Shown here piece after piece: positions 1-11,690 of a DNA stretch of 61,499 nt (position 1 is the stretch's first letter; each line of letters starts with the position of its first letter). A program made the position numbers and the translations under genes. This DNA comes from an uncultured Candidatus Peribacteria bacterium (lineage in GTDB: Bacteria > Patescibacteriota > Gracilibacteria > Peribacterales > Peribacteraceae): NCBI GenBank assembly GCA_964508225.1, contig CAZDRX010000002.1:9592-71090 (forward strand), given 5' to 3'. A model generated the notes under the pieces. That model ran no database searches and was not told where the DNA came from. It saw only the letters and a program-made list of their open reading frames with translations.

Positions 1-1020
1 CGTCATGACGACGGGCACACCCGGCAGCGTGTCCGCAACGTTCTTCAGGAAGGTCGCGGCGAGTTCCTCGGCCTGCTTGCAGTACGCTTCCGCATCTTTC
101 ACGGTGGGACGGCTTGTCAGCGCGGGGCCGAGCGTTCCCTCCGTGACGATCATCGCGGGCTTGTCCTTGAGGGCGAACGCTTTCGTTGCATCCTGCTTCC
201 AGACGGTCGAATCGAGATCTTTCTTCGGGATCTTGAACGTTTTTCGTAGCCACTCGATATTCTTGTCCGTGCCGTTCACGGCCTTGAGTGCCATATCGGA
301 CGCGAGTGCGTTCATCCCCATGAGCAGTGCTTCCATCGGGACGACACCCGTGCCGCAGAACGGGTCGAGTACTGTCAGTGTGCCGGTCTTCGCGTCCTGC
401 GCGCCTGCGAGGAAGCGGCCGAAGTTGAGGAGAATCTGCGCGAGCTTCGGGGGAAGGAGCCCCACCGTTGTGTCACGGACAGGCTTCTCCATATCGCGGA
501 GCGTGTACGCCTTGATGTCCTGCGCGGCGACCGTGCGTCCGATCCAGAGCGTGTTCTTCTCCTGCAGGATGACGAGCTCGCAGCCGGATTTGGGATCGAG
601 AAGGCCTTCATCATGGAGCTGGATCGCCTTGGCGGGATCACGCTCGTTGCCGATGTAGCGGCTACTGACGCCGCGCGTCCTGAGGCCGTTCTTGCACACC
701 TTGTAGAGGTCGCGCACGCGTCCCGGAGACACCCCGACCGTTCGCAGCGCGAACGTGGCCTTGCCCTTCACGGTCGCAAGTTCCGTTGCAAGGATCGTCG
801 GCAGGTCGTCGAGCGTCACGACGGCATCCGTGATCTTCCTTGCGATGAGGACGGTGCCGCCGAGGCGCGAGAAGAGAGCCTGATTGATCTCGGCCTTCGT
901 GCCGAAGCTGATGAATTGTGAACCGAAGAGCTGCCCGCGATCGAAATCGGGGAAGACGGCGGCGAGTTCGGCGATGCTGATCGAGGGATTGTTTCCTACC
1001 AGTGCGGCGTAGCTGTGCAT
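1..1020 (-). CDS. SAM-dependent methyltransferase, UPF0020/Trm11-like putative RNA (or N6-DNA) methylase; 3' end runs off the window start
   Basis: Absent from the ORF track because no stop lies in the window. Manual reverse translation from the ATG at 1020 stays open to nt 1 (MHSYAALVGNNPSISIAELAAVF...TVLDPFCGTGVVPMEALLMG...). DPFCGTG matches SAM-binding motif I of this methylase class. Confidence 0.55.
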   Translation of the reverse strand, partial: MHSYAALVGNNPSISIAELAAVFPDFDRGQLFGSQFISFGTKAEINQALFSRLGGTVLIARKITDAVVTLDDLPTILATELATVKGKATFALRTVGVSPGRVRDLYKVCKNGLRTRGVSSRYIGNERDPAKAIQLHDEGLLDPKSGCELVILQEKNTLWIGRTVAAQDIKAYTLRDMEKPVRDTTVGLLPPKLAQILLNFGRFLAGAQDAKTGTLTVLDPFCGTGVVPMEALLMGMNALASDMALKAVNGTDKNIEWLRKTFKIPKKDLDSTVWKQDATKAFALKDKPAMIVTEGTLGPALTSRPTVKDAEAYCKQAEELAATFLKNVADTLPGVPVVMT

Positions 1021-1046
1021 GGCTGAGAGTATAGACGACTTGCCGC

Positions 1047-2792
1047 TTAGCTGGCGAGGATCGAATTCGTGTACGCATCTTCGCGCAGTCGCAGAGCGTT
1101 CGCGCTGAAGTTATCGTCATTCAGCGTTGCCGTGACGTTACAAGGATACGATTCTCTCACAGCGTCTTTTTCGGTAGTAGGATCACCTTTCAAGCGTACG
1201 GGGTAAAATTGTTTCTCGTGCAGATAGCAGTAGGACGTCAAAATCCTGCAATCATCGCCGAACGTCATGTGAGCGTTTCTGGTCATGCTTCGGAGTTTGC
1301 TGAGCACTTTCTGATTGTAATCCTCCCAGCTTTCCATCACTCCTGTCACCTGCACGTTGATGTGGATCAATGGAGGATGCTGCTGCTCCTTGCGGTTGTG
1401 CCTGTTTTTGAGAAGCACAGTCTTTGCCACTTTCAGCGCTTCCAGATCGTCACCTCTTCCCGGTTTCACCAGCACGACCGTGTTGCGCGGCTCGATCTCG
1501 AACCCTTCGCCGTAGGCGACCTTGTCTTCCGCATGCTCGATCTCCAGAGCAATCTTTTTGTCCTTGTTCGTCTCCAGTGACGTGTTCCGATTTCTCCGAT
1601 GGAGTGTGTACGCCACATTCCAGAGCGTTTGATACAGGAGTGCAGGCTTGAGCTGTTCAGGCAGGCCGTCGACCGTTTCAAGGATGCTCCGGATATGATC
1701 GAACAGGCGCTGATTGAAGACGACATTGTTCCGTGTTTTATTCACGGTGATGCGTGAGACCTCTTCAAGCAGATAGGATTCCATCGCCACGGTGCACTCC
1801 AGGTCTGTGAACATGGCTGCATCAGGCCCTTCCATGATTTCCCCCGGTTTCCGGTCGCTGACAAGCCGTTTTGTGACAACGTCATCAATAACCGATGTGA
1901 GGAAGCCGTCCTTGCCGCCCTTGAAGACGTCGGATGATTGCTTCAGAGGGAACTCTTGGGTGTCGAGGAGGCTGATAATTTTCTCGGTATTCAGTTCCTG
2001 TCCGCCCGGAAAAATGATGCGCTCCGCTCCATCGTACGTATTCGTCATGCCATGGAGCGCATACAGCTCAGATGGCTTGTAGATCTGTTGCACCGCTGTC
2101 GCCTGCTCAGAGACAGCTTTGAGAGCTAGTTCGTCGTTCTCATGGTGAGCGGCGCAGCCCGAACCCTTCGTTCCCTTCTCTGGGTTCTCCGGATCCATCG
2201 GTGGTGCGGAGTGCCCTAAGGCGATGAACAGCGCGGGACAGCCGGGGGTATGTTCTTCGGCATCGTTCACCACACTGTCCAATCGTTGCCAGTACGCCGC
2301 GTTGCCGCCACCATCAAGAGCGACCTTGTTCCCGTCGGTCCGTGAAAATGTGACCGTCGTGATGGGATAGCCCTTTCCGTCGCTGCCGTGGACTCTTCCA
2401 TCGATGCATTTGCTGACGAAGAGTCGCGGGGCTCTCTTCTTGAAACTTTTGATGCGGTCTGCCATCCGTCGGAGCGTTTCGCTTGCCTTCGCATTCCCAC
2501 GGAGATATTCCATCAGACGGAGGTTGGCTTCGAGACTTTCGGGTGGGAGCTCCTGTGCAAAGATCACATTTTGCCCGCTCTGGAATTCGTTTTTGCGGAA
2601 GCCGGCAGGCTTCTCCTGTGCATAGCCCGAAGCAGTGGCAGCAGCCCACAGAACGCCGCTTGCAAGAATCCCCATAAAGTCCCGCCGATGACAGTCTGTT
2701 GTTCCCTGGATAGATTGCAGACTTTCCTCAGGGTCATGATTCGGGCAGGAATGGCCAGAAGCCGGTGCATGTGTCGGGGCGTGAAGAGCCAT
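1047..2792 (-). CDS. CsoSCA-like (carboxysome-shell-type beta-class) carbonic anhydrase homologue with twin-arginine signal peptide
   Basis: 581-aa ORF. N-terminal HRRDFMGILASGVLWAAATASGYA looks like a Tat signal. CIDGR (CxDxR), GH...SGCAAHHEND and HAE..YGEGFE..RN resemble my recollection of the CsoSCA active-site segments (CADGR, SGCAAHGSND, HAERYISVGDGF). Confidence 0.45.
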   Translation of the reverse strand: MALHAPTHAPASGHSCPNHDPEESLQSIQGTTDCHRRDFMGILASGVLWAAATASGYAQEKPAGFRKNEFQSGQNVIFAQELPPESLEANLRLMEYLRGNAKASETLRRMADRIKSFKKRAPRLFVSKCIDGRVHGSDGKGYPITTVTFSRTDGNKVALDGGGNAAYWQRLDSVVNDAEEHTPGCPALFIALGHSAPPMDPENPEKGTKGSGCAAHHENDELALKAVSEQATAVQQIYKPSELYALHGMTNTYDGAERIIFPGGQELNTEKIISLLDTQEFPLKQSSDVFKGGKDGFLTSVIDDVVTKRLVSDRKPGEIMEGPDAAMFTDLECTVAMESYLLEEVSRITVNKTRNNVVFNQRLFDHIRSILETVDGLPEQLKPALLYQTLWNVAYTLHRRNRNTSLETNKDKKIALEIEHAEDKVAYGEGFEIEPRNTVVLVKPGRGDDLEALKVAKTVLLKNRHNRKEQQHPPLIHINVQVTGVMESWEDYNQKVLSKLRSMTRNAHMTFGDDCRILTSYCYLHEKQFYPVRLKGDPTTEKDAVRESYPCNVTATLNDDNFSANALRLREDAYTNSILAS

Positions 2793-2796
2793 GTGA

Positions 2797-4311
<1,515 letters not shown>

Positions 4312-4326
4312 TTTCTCTCTGCATGC

Positions 4327-4758
4327 ATGTTTCACGTTGATGTCATCACACCAGAGGCCAAGATCTTCAGCGCCGACGCCGACTCGGTCAGCCTGCCCAC
4401 GATCATGGGCGAAATCACGATTCTGCAGCACCACGTCCCGCTCGTGACGACGCTGGCCCCCGGCATGCTCACCGTCCGGCGCGGAAAAGAGGAGAACTAC
4501 TTCGCGCTCTCACGGGGCGTCGTGGAGATCGAGGGCAATACCATCCGCGTCCTGAGCGACATCGCCGACCGCGTCGACACCATCGACGAACAGGCCGTGG
4601 TGGAAGCCAAGAAGCGTGCCGAGAACCTCCTCAAAGAGAAGCGCACCGATACCGAAGCCTTCACCGAAGCCTCCGCTCTCCTCGACCGCGAAATCGCGCG
4701 TCTGCGCGCCGTGCGTCGTCGCAGGAGTGAAGGCAGGCGCATTCCCCGTTCCTCCTGA
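4327..4758 (+). CDS. atpC: F1 ATP synthase epsilon subunit
   Basis: 143-aa ORF immediately after atpD. It has an N-terminal beta-sandwich-like sequence (MFHVDVITPEAKIFSADADSVSLPT..GEITILQHHVPL) followed by a helical C-terminus. Confidence 0.85.
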   Translation: MFHVDVITPEAKIFSADADSVSLPTIMGEITILQHHVPLVTTLAPGMLTVRRGKEENYFALSRGVVEIEGNTIRVLSDIADRVDTIDEQAVVEAKKRAENLLKEKRTDTEAFTEASALLDREIARLRAVRRRRSEGRRIPRSS

Positions 4759-4760
4759 TC

Positions 4761-5048
4761 ATGAGCCCTCTCAATCTCATCGTCGGCCCTACGCAACAGA
4801 AGAAGAATCCGCAGGAAATGAAGGTAGTGCACTCGAACATCAACGTCGCTGTTTCCATGGCGTACATCATCGCCGTTCCGGCCATCATCTTCAGTCTGCT
4901 CGGCAGATACCTCGACCGGTACTTCGATACCCTCCTCTACTTCCCGCTCTGTATCGCCATCGGAATCCTCTTGTCCGGCATCGGGATCCTCTGGAAGACG
5001 AGGCAGGTGATCCGCGAACGGTGGCCATCCCACGTCTCCCGCCCATGA
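4761..5048 (+). CDS. AtpZ/AtpI-like small membrane protein (ATPase_gene1-like)
   Basis: 95 aa with two hydrophobic helices (LLGRYLDRYFDTLLYFPLCIAIGILLSGIGILWK). It sits directly upstream of atpB, and its stop overlaps the atpB start (ATGA). Confidence 0.55.
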   Translation: MSPLNLIVGPTQQKKNPQEMKVVHSNINVAVSMAYIIAVPAIIFSLLGRYLDRYFDTLLYFPLCIAIGILLSGIGILWKTRQVIRERWPSHVSRP

Positions 5049-5869
5049 TCGAGATTCACACGCCCCCGCTGGCTTCGGAAACGATCGCGCATCTCGGTGC
5101 ATTCGAGATCCGCAACTCCATGCTCATGGCGTGGTTCGCCGTCGTCGTGCTCATCGCGATTGCCCTCACGGGCAAAATCCGTGGATACCGTATGGTGCCT
5201 GACAAATTCCAGAGCGTGCTTGAGCTCGTCGTCGGGGGACTCTTCGATTTCTTCAACAGCGTTCTCAGTGATCCGCAGCGCACCCGGAAGGTGTTTCCGC
5301 TTGTCGGCACCCTCTTCCTCTTCATCGTGACCGCCAACTGGATGGGCATCCTCCCCGGCGTCGGCACCATCACGATCGACGGCGTGCATGAAGGGCAAGA
5401 GATGGCGCTGCCGGTCCTTCGTTCCATGAACGCGGACGTGAACATGACCCTTGCTCTCGCACTCACGGCGGTCGCCTGTGTGCAGCTCTACGGCATGGCC
5501 GAACTCGGATTCTTCCACTACGCCAACAAGTTCATCGTTGCCCCGTGGAAAGACTTCACAGGCTCGTTCGTCGGCGTGCTCGAGATCATCGGCGAATTCT
5601 CGCGCATGATCTCGTTCTCCTTCCGTCTCTTCGGCAACATCTTCGCCGGTGAGGTGCTCCTCGTCGTCGTCGCGCTGCTCGTGCCGTACATCGCACCCAT
5701 TCCGTTCCTCGGGCTCGAGATCTTCGTCGGCGTCGTGCAGGGACTGGTATTCTCCATGCTCACCCTCGTCTTCGTGAACATGGCCATGACGTCGCATCAC
5801 GACACGTCGCACGAGATGCCCGATATCACGAAGCTTGAGCTGTCACGCCGCGTGCTCAAGCAGTCCTGA
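5045..5869 (+). CDS. atpB: Fo ATP synthase subunit a
   Basis: Start chosen at MIEIHTPPLASE. Polytopic, with the conserved FSFRLFGNIFAGE motif carrying the essential Arg. The upstream part of ORF 4616-5869 overlaps atpC/atpZ and is not coding-like. Confidence 0.9.
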   Translation: MIEIHTPPLASETIAHLGAFEIRNSMLMAWFAVVVLIAIALTGKIRGYRMVPDKFQSVLELVVGGLFDFFNSVLSDPQRTRKVFPLVGTLFLFIVTANWMGILPGVGTITIDGVHEGQEMALPVLRSMNADVNMTLALALTAVACVQLYGMAELGFFHYANKFIVAPWKDFTGSFVGVLEIIGEFSRMISFSFRLFGNIFAGEVLLVVVALLVPYIAPIPFLGLEIFVGVVQGLVFSMLTLVFVNMAMTSHHDTSHEMPDITKLELSRRVLKQS

Positions 5870-5910
5870 CCCGCGTTTTACTTCCTTTATTCCTCTTTCC
5901 CCCTTATCCC

Positions 5911-6171
5911 ATGGCTGGAGAAAACGTAGAAACCGCCGCCTCTCTCAGTGCGCTCGCTGACCGCAACTTCAGCGCCGCACTCACGATGATGATCGGCCCG
6001 TCCATCGCCGCACTCGGCATTTCCTTCATCGGCAGCAAGTCCTGCGATGCGATCAGCCGCAATCCGGAGGCCGCTCCGAAGATCCAGACCGTCACGATCC
6101 TCACCGCTGCCTTCACGGAAGCGATCGCCATCTACTGTCTCGTCATCGCGCTCATCCTCAAATTCGTCTGA
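5911..6171 (+). CDS. atpE: Fo ATP synthase subunit c
   Basis: 86-aa two-helix hairpin with the RNPE loop and a carboxylate in AAFTEAIAIY. Confidence 0.9.
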   Translation: MAGENVETAASLSALADRNFSAALTMMIGPSIAALGISFIGSKSCDAISRNPEAAPKIQTVTILTAAFTEAIAIYCLVIALILKFV

Positions 6172-6197
6172 TCCTCTTTTCTTTCTCTTTCTGATTC

Positions 6198-6707
6198 ATG
6201 GACGAGCTTCTCGCCAAACTCGGCATTCACTGGACGCAACTGCTTGCGCAGATCGTCAACTTCGCCATCGTCGCCGGTGCTCTCACGTATTTCCTGTACC
6301 ACCCGCTCCTCGATGTCATCGAAGAGCGTCAGAAGCGCATCAGGAAGTCCCTCGAGGACGCCGAACGGATCGCGCGTCAGCGTGAAGAGCTGGACCGTAT
6401 CCGGACCGACGCGCTTGCCAAAGTGGACCGTGAAACCGGTGAAATCCTCACCCATGCGAGGGAAGATGCCGAAAAGCTCCGTCAGGAGCTTCTGGCCGCC
6501 GCTCACCGCGAGGCCGATGCTGTCATGATCCGTGCCCGCAAGCAGATCGAAGAAGAGCGTCAGAAAGTCTTCTCCGAAGCGCAGCAGAAGATCACGGGCA
6601 TGATCATCCGCATGACCGAATCGCTCATCGAACGTGAATTCTCTCCCGCGGACCAGAAGCGCATCATCGTGAAGCTTGAGCAGGATCTTCCCGCACTCGC
6701 ACGATGA
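6198..6707 (+). CDS. atpF: Fo ATP synthase subunit b
   Basis: 169 aa: an N-terminal TM helix followed by a long charged coiled coil, in the expected operon position. Confidence 0.85.
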   Translation: MDELLAKLGIHWTQLLAQIVNFAIVAGALTYFLYHPLLDVIEERQKRIRKSLEDAERIARQREELDRIRTDALAKVDRETGEILTHAREDAEKLRQELLAAAHREADAVMIRARKQIEEERQKVFSEAQQKITGMIIRMTESLIEREFSPADQKRIIVKLEQDLPALAR

Positions 6708-7102
6708 CGTACTCCGTCACACTCGCACGGGCTCTCCTCGATGTCGCGCATGACCTGCCGCCTGACCAGCAGGCACACGCTTGCGAGGCCGCACTCGTGC
6801 TGCTCCGTCAGCGTTCCCCGCGCAGTGTGGCCGGATTCGGCCGCGTCGTGCAGCAGGAACTCCGCCGTCGCAGCTCGCATGTGCAGGTCATCGTCACCAC
6901 CCCGACGGGAACCCTCGGTGACCGGAAGGATTCCTTCCGTAGGACCCTCGAGGATATGGCCAAGAAGCCGGTTCGTTTCCTGGAGGAATCCGGGGAAGAA
7001 CTCCTCGGTGGCGCCGTGGTCCGCATGGGCGACGAGCACTACGACGGCAGTCTCCAGTCCGCGCTCCAGCGACTCGAATCCTCACTCCTCCAGCCTCTGT
7101 AA
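6704..7102 (+). CDS. atpH: F1 ATP synthase delta (OSCP) subunit, short form
   Basis: 132 aa with an ATGA overlap to atpF. The C-terminal LLGGAVVRMGDEHYDGSLQSAL matches the OSCP C-terminal pattern. Confidence 0.7.
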   Translation: MTYSVTLARALLDVAHDLPPDQQAHACEAALVLLRQRSPRSVAGFGRVVQQELRRRSSHVQVIVTTPTGTLGDRKDSFRRTLEDMAKKPVRFLEESGEELLGGAVVRMGDEHYDGSLQSALQRLESSLLQPL

Positions 7103-7123
7103 TTTCAATTCCTCTCCTTACTC

Positions 7124-8641
7124 ATGAGTACCCCTAACCCGTTACTGACCGCCCTCGAAGAGCGCATCTCGTCCTACAAACGGGACGTGAAGCATGAACA
7201 CGTGGGCACCGTTCTCGATATCGGTGACGGCGTGGCGAAAGTGGACGGACTCTCCAATGTCGGATCCTCGGAAATGCTGGATTTCGGGCAGGGGGTCTAC
7301 GGTAGCGCACTCAACCTCGAAGCCGGATCCGTCGGCGCTGTGATCCTCGGCGATTACACGAAGATCAAAGAAGGGGACACGGTGAAAGCCATGGGCAAAG
7401 TTCTCTCGGTTCCGGTCGGGAAGGAGCTCATCGGACGCGTTGTGACACCGCTCGGGGAAGCCAAAGACGGCGGCCCTGCCATCGTCACCAAGACGTCGTA
7501 CCCCGTCGAGAAGATCGCTGCGAGTGTCATCGAACGCAAGTCGGTCACCCGCCCGCTCCAGACCGGTCTCATCGCGATCGACTCGATGATCCCCATCGGC
7601 CGCGGTCAGCGTGAGCTCATCATCGGCGACCGTCAGACGGGCAAGACCGCGGTAGCGATCGATACCATCATCAACCAGAAGAAGACCCAGAACACGGAGC
7701 GTCCGGTGATCTGCATCTACGTCGCCATCGGTCAGAAAGAATCCAAGGTAGCCAAAATCGTCGCCGAGCTCCGGAAGCAGGGTGCGATGGAGTACACCAT
7801 TGTGGTCGCGGCCGGTGCATCCGAATCCGCAGCCCTCTCGTACATCGCCCCCTTCGCGGGATGCGCGATGGGCGAGTACTTCGTCGATCAGGGCAAGGAT
7901 GTCCTCGTCATCTACGACGACCTCTCCAAGCACGCCTGGGCTTACCGGCAGATCTCACTCATCCTCCGTCGTCCTCCCGGACGCGAAGCGTATCCCGGAG
8001 ACGTGTTCTACCTCCACTCCCGCCTCCTCGAGCGTGCCGTGTGCATGGACGAGAAATTCGGCGGCGGTACGCTCACGGCGCTTCCCATCATCGAAACGCA
8101 GGCCGGTGACGTCTCGGCGTACATCCCCACGAACGTCATCTCCATCACGGACGGCCAGATTTTCCTTGAGGCGGATCTCTTCTACAAAGGTGTCCGTCCG
8201 GCGCTCAACGTCGGTATCTCCGTCTCGCGCGTCGGTTCCGCCGCGCAGACCAAGTCGATGAAGAAAGTGGCCGGCAAGCTCCGTCTCGACCTCGCCCAGT
8301 ACCGTGAGCTCGCGGTGTTCGCCCAGTTCGGCTCGGATCTCGACGCCGCGACGAAGCAGCAGCTCGACCGCGGTTCCAGGCTCTCCGAGCTTCTGAAGCA
8401 GAAGCAGTACGAACCCCTCGACGTGCCCGATCAGGTCGCAATTCTCTTCGCCGGTGTGAACGGATACCTCGACGACGTTCCCGTCGAACACGTGAAGCGT
8501 TTTCAGACAGAATTCGTCGCATTCCTCCAGTCCAAGCACTTCGATCTTCTGAAGTCGCTCGGCGGTGAAATCACGAAGGAAGCGGACGAGAAACTCCGGC
8601 GTCTTGCCGAGGCATTCAAGAAAGATCACTGGAAAGCATAA
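7124..8641 (+). CDS. atpA: F1 ATP synthase alpha subunit
   Basis: 505 aa with Walker A GDRQTGKT and conserved [20 protein letters not shown]. Confidence 0.95.
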   Translation: MSTPNPLLTALEERISSYKRDVKHEHVGTVLDIGDGVAKVDGLSNVGSSEMLDFGQGVYGSALNLEAGSVGAVILGDYTKIKEGDTVKAMGKVLSVPVGKELIGRVVTPLGEAKDGGPAIVTKTSYPVEKIAASVIERKSVTRPLQTGLIAIDSMIPIGRGQRELIIGDRQTGKTAVAIDTIINQKKTQNTERPVICIYVAIGQKESKVAKIVAELRKQGAMEYTIVVAAGASESAALSYIAPFAGCAMGEYFVDQGKDVLVIYDDLSKHAWAYRQISLILRRPPGREAYPGDVFYLHSRLLERAVCMDEKFGGGTLTALPIIETQAGDVSAYIPTNVISITDGQIFLEADLFYKGVRPALNVGISVSRVGSAAQTKSMKKVAGKLRLDLAQYRELAVFAQFGSDLDAATKQQLDRGSRLSELLKQKQYEPLDVPDQVAILFAGVNGYLDDVPVEHVKRFQTEFVAFLQSKHFDLLKSLGGEITKEADEKLRRLAEAFKKDHWKA

Positions 8642-8645
8642 TTCT

Positions 8646-9596
8646 ATGGCTCGAGGCATGCGCGAAATCCGGCGGAAAATGAAGGCGGTCAAATCGACCC
8701 GCCAGGTCACCAAAGCCATGGAGCTTGTGGCCGCATCCAAGATGCGCCGTGCCGTGCAGAACGCGCAGGCGCTCCGCGAATACGCCGCAGCCGCATGGAA
8801 GATTCTCAGGCGCATTGCCGATGTCCACCCCAATCTCCATCCGTTCCTGCAGGAGAAGCCGACGCGCAATGTTCTCGTCGTCGTCATGACGTCGGATCGC
8901 GGCCTCTGCGGAAGCCTGAATTCCCACGTGTTCCGCGCGACGGAACGCTACATGAAATCGATGCAGGAGAATGCTGCAAAACCGCTGAAGAAAGGCAGGA
9001 AACCCGAGCCTCCGGGCAGAACCGACTTCGTCGCTGTCGGACGCAAAGGCCAGCAGTTTCTCTCGCGCCTGCAGGTGAAGATCGTCGGCGCATTCCCCGC
9101 GTACTCGAACCATCCGAAGTTCCGCGACATCCTCGCGCTCTCCCGTCTCATCATCGACTCCTTCACGAAGGGCGAGTACGACCACGTCGTGCTCATCTAT
9201 CCCGGATTCGTCTCCGCGCTCGTGCAGGAAATCGATGTGAAAGTCCTTCTCCCGCTCTCGACCCATGAGCTGCAGCAAATGGCAGAATCGCTCGTCGAGC
9301 GGAAGCGCGGCAAGGCAGAAGAGGACAAGGGACGCGTGCGTGAGTTCATCTTCGAGCCCTCGGCGAAGAAAGTGCTCGATACGATCATTCCCCAGCTCAC
9401 GGAAGTCCAGATCTATCAGGCGGTGCTCGAAGCCGCCGCATCCGAGCACTCCGCGCGTATGGTGGCCATGCGCAACGCATCGGATAACGCATCGGACATC
9501 CTCGATGACCTCACATTGACGTACAACCAGACGCGACAGGCGGGTATCACGGCCGAGCTGGCCGAACTCTCTGCTGCGGCGGTCGCGCTCGCCTGA
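8646..9596 (+). CDS. atpG: F1 ATP synthase gamma subunit
   Basis: Start at MARGMREIRRKMKAVKSTRQVTKAMELVAASKMRRA; C-terminal LTYNQTRQAGITAELAEL. The ORF's upstream extension overlaps atpA. Confidence 0.9.
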   Translation: MARGMREIRRKMKAVKSTRQVTKAMELVAASKMRRAVQNAQALREYAAAAWKILRRIADVHPNLHPFLQEKPTRNVLVVVMTSDRGLCGSLNSHVFRATERYMKSMQENAAKPLKKGRKPEPPGRTDFVAVGRKGQQFLSRLQVKIVGAFPAYSNHPKFRDILALSRLIIDSFTKGEYDHVVLIYPGFVSALVQEIDVKVLLPLSTHELQQMAESLVERKRGKAEEDKGRVREFIFEPSAKKVLDTIIPQLTEVQIYQAVLEAAASEHSARMVAMRNASDNASDILDDLTLTYNQTRQAGITAELAELSAAAVALA

Positions 9597-9636
9597 TCCA
9601 TGGCACGACGGCCTTTTTCGCGCTAGGATTTCGCAG

Positions 9637-10293
9637 ATGTTCGATGCAGTGATCCAGTGGCTCGAAGCTTCGGCGCAATCTGTGCCGCTGCCCGTCTTCG
9701 TCATGGTCGGAGGCGTCGTGGAAGAGATCATCGCGCCTATTCCGTCGCCGCTCGTCGCCACACTCTCGGGCAGCATCGCCGCGTCGCAGCACATGGGCTG
9801 GGGGATGGTCTTCTGGATCTGCGCCATGGCTACGGTCGCCAAGACGTTCGGTGCGTGGATCTTCTACGTCCTCGGCATCTGGTTCAAGGATCTCGCGGTA
9901 CCCCGCTTCGGCAAGTACATCGGCGTCTCGCAGGATGATCTCGTCCGCTTCGGCTCCCACTTCGACGGTTCGAAGCGCGATGCCCTCCTCCTGCTCGTCA
10001 TCCGGTCCATCCCCGTCATGCCGAGCACGCCGATCTCGCTGCTCTGCGGCACGCTCAATATCGGTTTCAAGACGTTCCTCTTCGCGACGCTCGTCGGTTT
10101 CTACATCAGGAACATGACATTCATGCTCATCGGCTACACCGGCCTCTCCGCCATGGATTCGCTCATGTCCGGCATCGATACCGCAGAGACCGTCCTTAAA
10201 ATCGCCATCATCCTGCTCGTCCTCGGTGTCCTCGGCTGGCTCTACTGGAAGAGGCGCACGAGTCACCCCGCAGGCTGGTTCGGAAAGAAGTAG
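9637..10293 (+). CDS. DedA/VTT-domain (SNARE-associated) membrane protein
   Basis: 218 aa, polytopic. The sequence pattern (..EEIIAPIPSPLV.., RSIPVMPSTPISLLCG) is typical of the DedA family. Confidence 0.55.
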   Translation: MFDAVIQWLEASAQSVPLPVFVMVGGVVEEIIAPIPSPLVATLSGSIAASQHMGWGMVFWICAMATVAKTFGAWIFYVLGIWFKDLAVPRFGKYIGVSQDDLVRFGSHFDGSKRDALLLLVIRSIPVMPSTPISLLCGTLNIGFKTFLFATLVGFYIRNMTFMLIGYTGLSAMDSLMSGIDTAETVLKIAIILLVLGVLGWLYWKRRTSHPAGWFGKK

Positions 10294-10295
10294 CC

Positions 10296-11690
10296 TTACT
10301 CGGCGCGTCGCATGCGCTCGACGAGGAGGATCAGGAGGAGCAACGCGACGGGGGAGACCTGCACGAGTCCACGACTTAAGCCCGTCTGCATCACGGCTTC
10401 TGTTTCCAGTGCACCGACGAAGAGGAAGAGCAGGAGCTGCAGACCCACCGCGCCGATCACGAAGAGCGTCAGCACGGCTTCCGGCATGCGCAGTGCCTTT
10501 CTTCCTGATGCGAGGAGTGCGAGCGGGAGAGCGAGGGGCAGGAGCATTTCGTTCGGTTCGTGGCTGAGGTGGTGCCAGATGGCGAAGAGCGCCTTCCCGC
10601 TGAAGCCGAGGGCGACGCCTGAGACGGCCTTGGCATTGCCGAACGTGAGACCGTTCATCCACTTGAAGGCGATCCACGGCAGCGCGAGGAGGGCGAAGAG
10701 AGCGAGTGCCGCGATCGCGGTCTTCCTGACGTCGATGCCGCGCCTCCGGAGTGTCGTGAGCGTGAGCGCCGCGAGAGCGAGGAGAATCGGCGCGTAGAGG
10801 ACCGTCGCCTCATTCTTCGTGAAGAGCAGGAGCCCGAGCGAAAGTCCGGAGAGTCGCATCCATGCTCCGGCATGACCTTCTTCTTCCCCCTCGGCAGCAT
10901 GGAAGAGTGCGGTTACCGTGAGCAGCAGATGCGATGCCACGAAGATCTCCGCGTACGGATTCATGGACTGGATGAGCACGAGGGGCAGTGACACGAGGAG
11001 ACACGTTCCGAAGAGAGCTGTGAGTGCGTCGTAGCGCCTCCGTAGCGTGACATAGAACGTGAGGAGGAGCCCTGCAAGCCACACGAGGTGTACGCCGTTC
11101 ACGAGCGGTTCCTGCCATGAGCCTCGGATCACCGAGAGCCACGTCTTGAAGAGCGGGAGGCTCGGCGGATAGGAGCTCACACCCTGCGCGGTCTGCACGA
11201 CGCCGTTGCCCACCGGAATCTCAAGGACGGGCAACTGCATTTCATAGAAGATCTTCCCGCGCATGTTCCAGTTGTTGAAGGAGTCGTCCCAGTAGGTGGG
11301 GACGGACGCGAGATCGTACGCACCGGCGAGGAGCTTGAGAGCCGTCCAGAGCCCGAAGATGATCACAGCGTACCTCACCCAACCCGTCGGAAGCGTGAAA
11401 GGAGCCGGCACAGTGTAGGCAGGCAGAAGGCAACGACGCTTCCACGCGAGTCCCCCGAGGATGAGGAGGAGCAGAATCAGGGGCACGAGGAAGCCTGCGA
11501 GCGAGAAGTTCGTGAGACCCGCACCTGCAAGGAGGAAGACGACGAGCATGGAGAGTGTGGGCCCGAGGATCAGGCTCCAGCTCGCATGTTCCATCTTGGT
11601 CAAAACGGCTCGGTGCGCGATGAGGCCGACCGTCAGCCAGCCAATGGCCGCAGGCAGGAGAATGCCGGGGATTGCAGCGAGGAGATTCAT
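10296..11690 (-). CDS. GT-C fold (ArnT/PMT_2-like) membrane glycosyltransferase
   Basis: 464 aa with more than 10 predicted TM helices and a YPPSLPLF motif in a loop. Family call is tentative. Confidence 0.45.
   Translation of the reverse strand: MNLLAAIPGILLPAAIGWLTVGLIAHRAVLTKMEHASWSLILGPTLSMLVVFLLAGAGLTNFSLAGFLVPLILLLLILGGLAWKRRCLLPAYTVPAPFTLPTGWVRYAVIIFGLWTALKLLAGAYDLASVPTYWDDSFNNWNMRGKIFYEMQLPVLEIPVGNGVVQTAQGVSSYPPSLPLFKTWLSVIRGSWQEPLVNGVHLVWLAGLLLTFYVTLRRRYDALTALFGTCLLVSLPLVLIQSMNPYAEIFVASHLLLTVTALFHAAEGEEEGHAGAWMRLSGLSLGLLLFTKNEATVLYAPILLALAALTLTTLRRRGIDVRKTAIAALALFALLALPWIAFKWMNGLTFGNAKAVSGVALGFSGKALFAIWHHLSHEPNEMLLPLALPLALLASGRKALRMPEAVLTLFVIGAVGLQLLLFLFVGALETEAVMQTGLSRGLVQVSPVALLLLILLVERMRRAE

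Noticed and set aside
5-658. 217-aa plus-strand ORF at the window start
   Set aside because: The opposite strand encodes a methyltransferase with a clear DPFCGTG motif. That gene is missing from the track only because it has no stop in the window. The plus-strand translation is Ser/Ala-rich and domain-less.
4616-5044. N-terminal 143-aa extension of the atpB ORF overlapping atpC and the atpZ-like gene
   Set aside because: The extension is Pro/Arg/Ser-rich and overlaps two better-supported genes. The conserved subunit-a sequence begins at ATG 5045.
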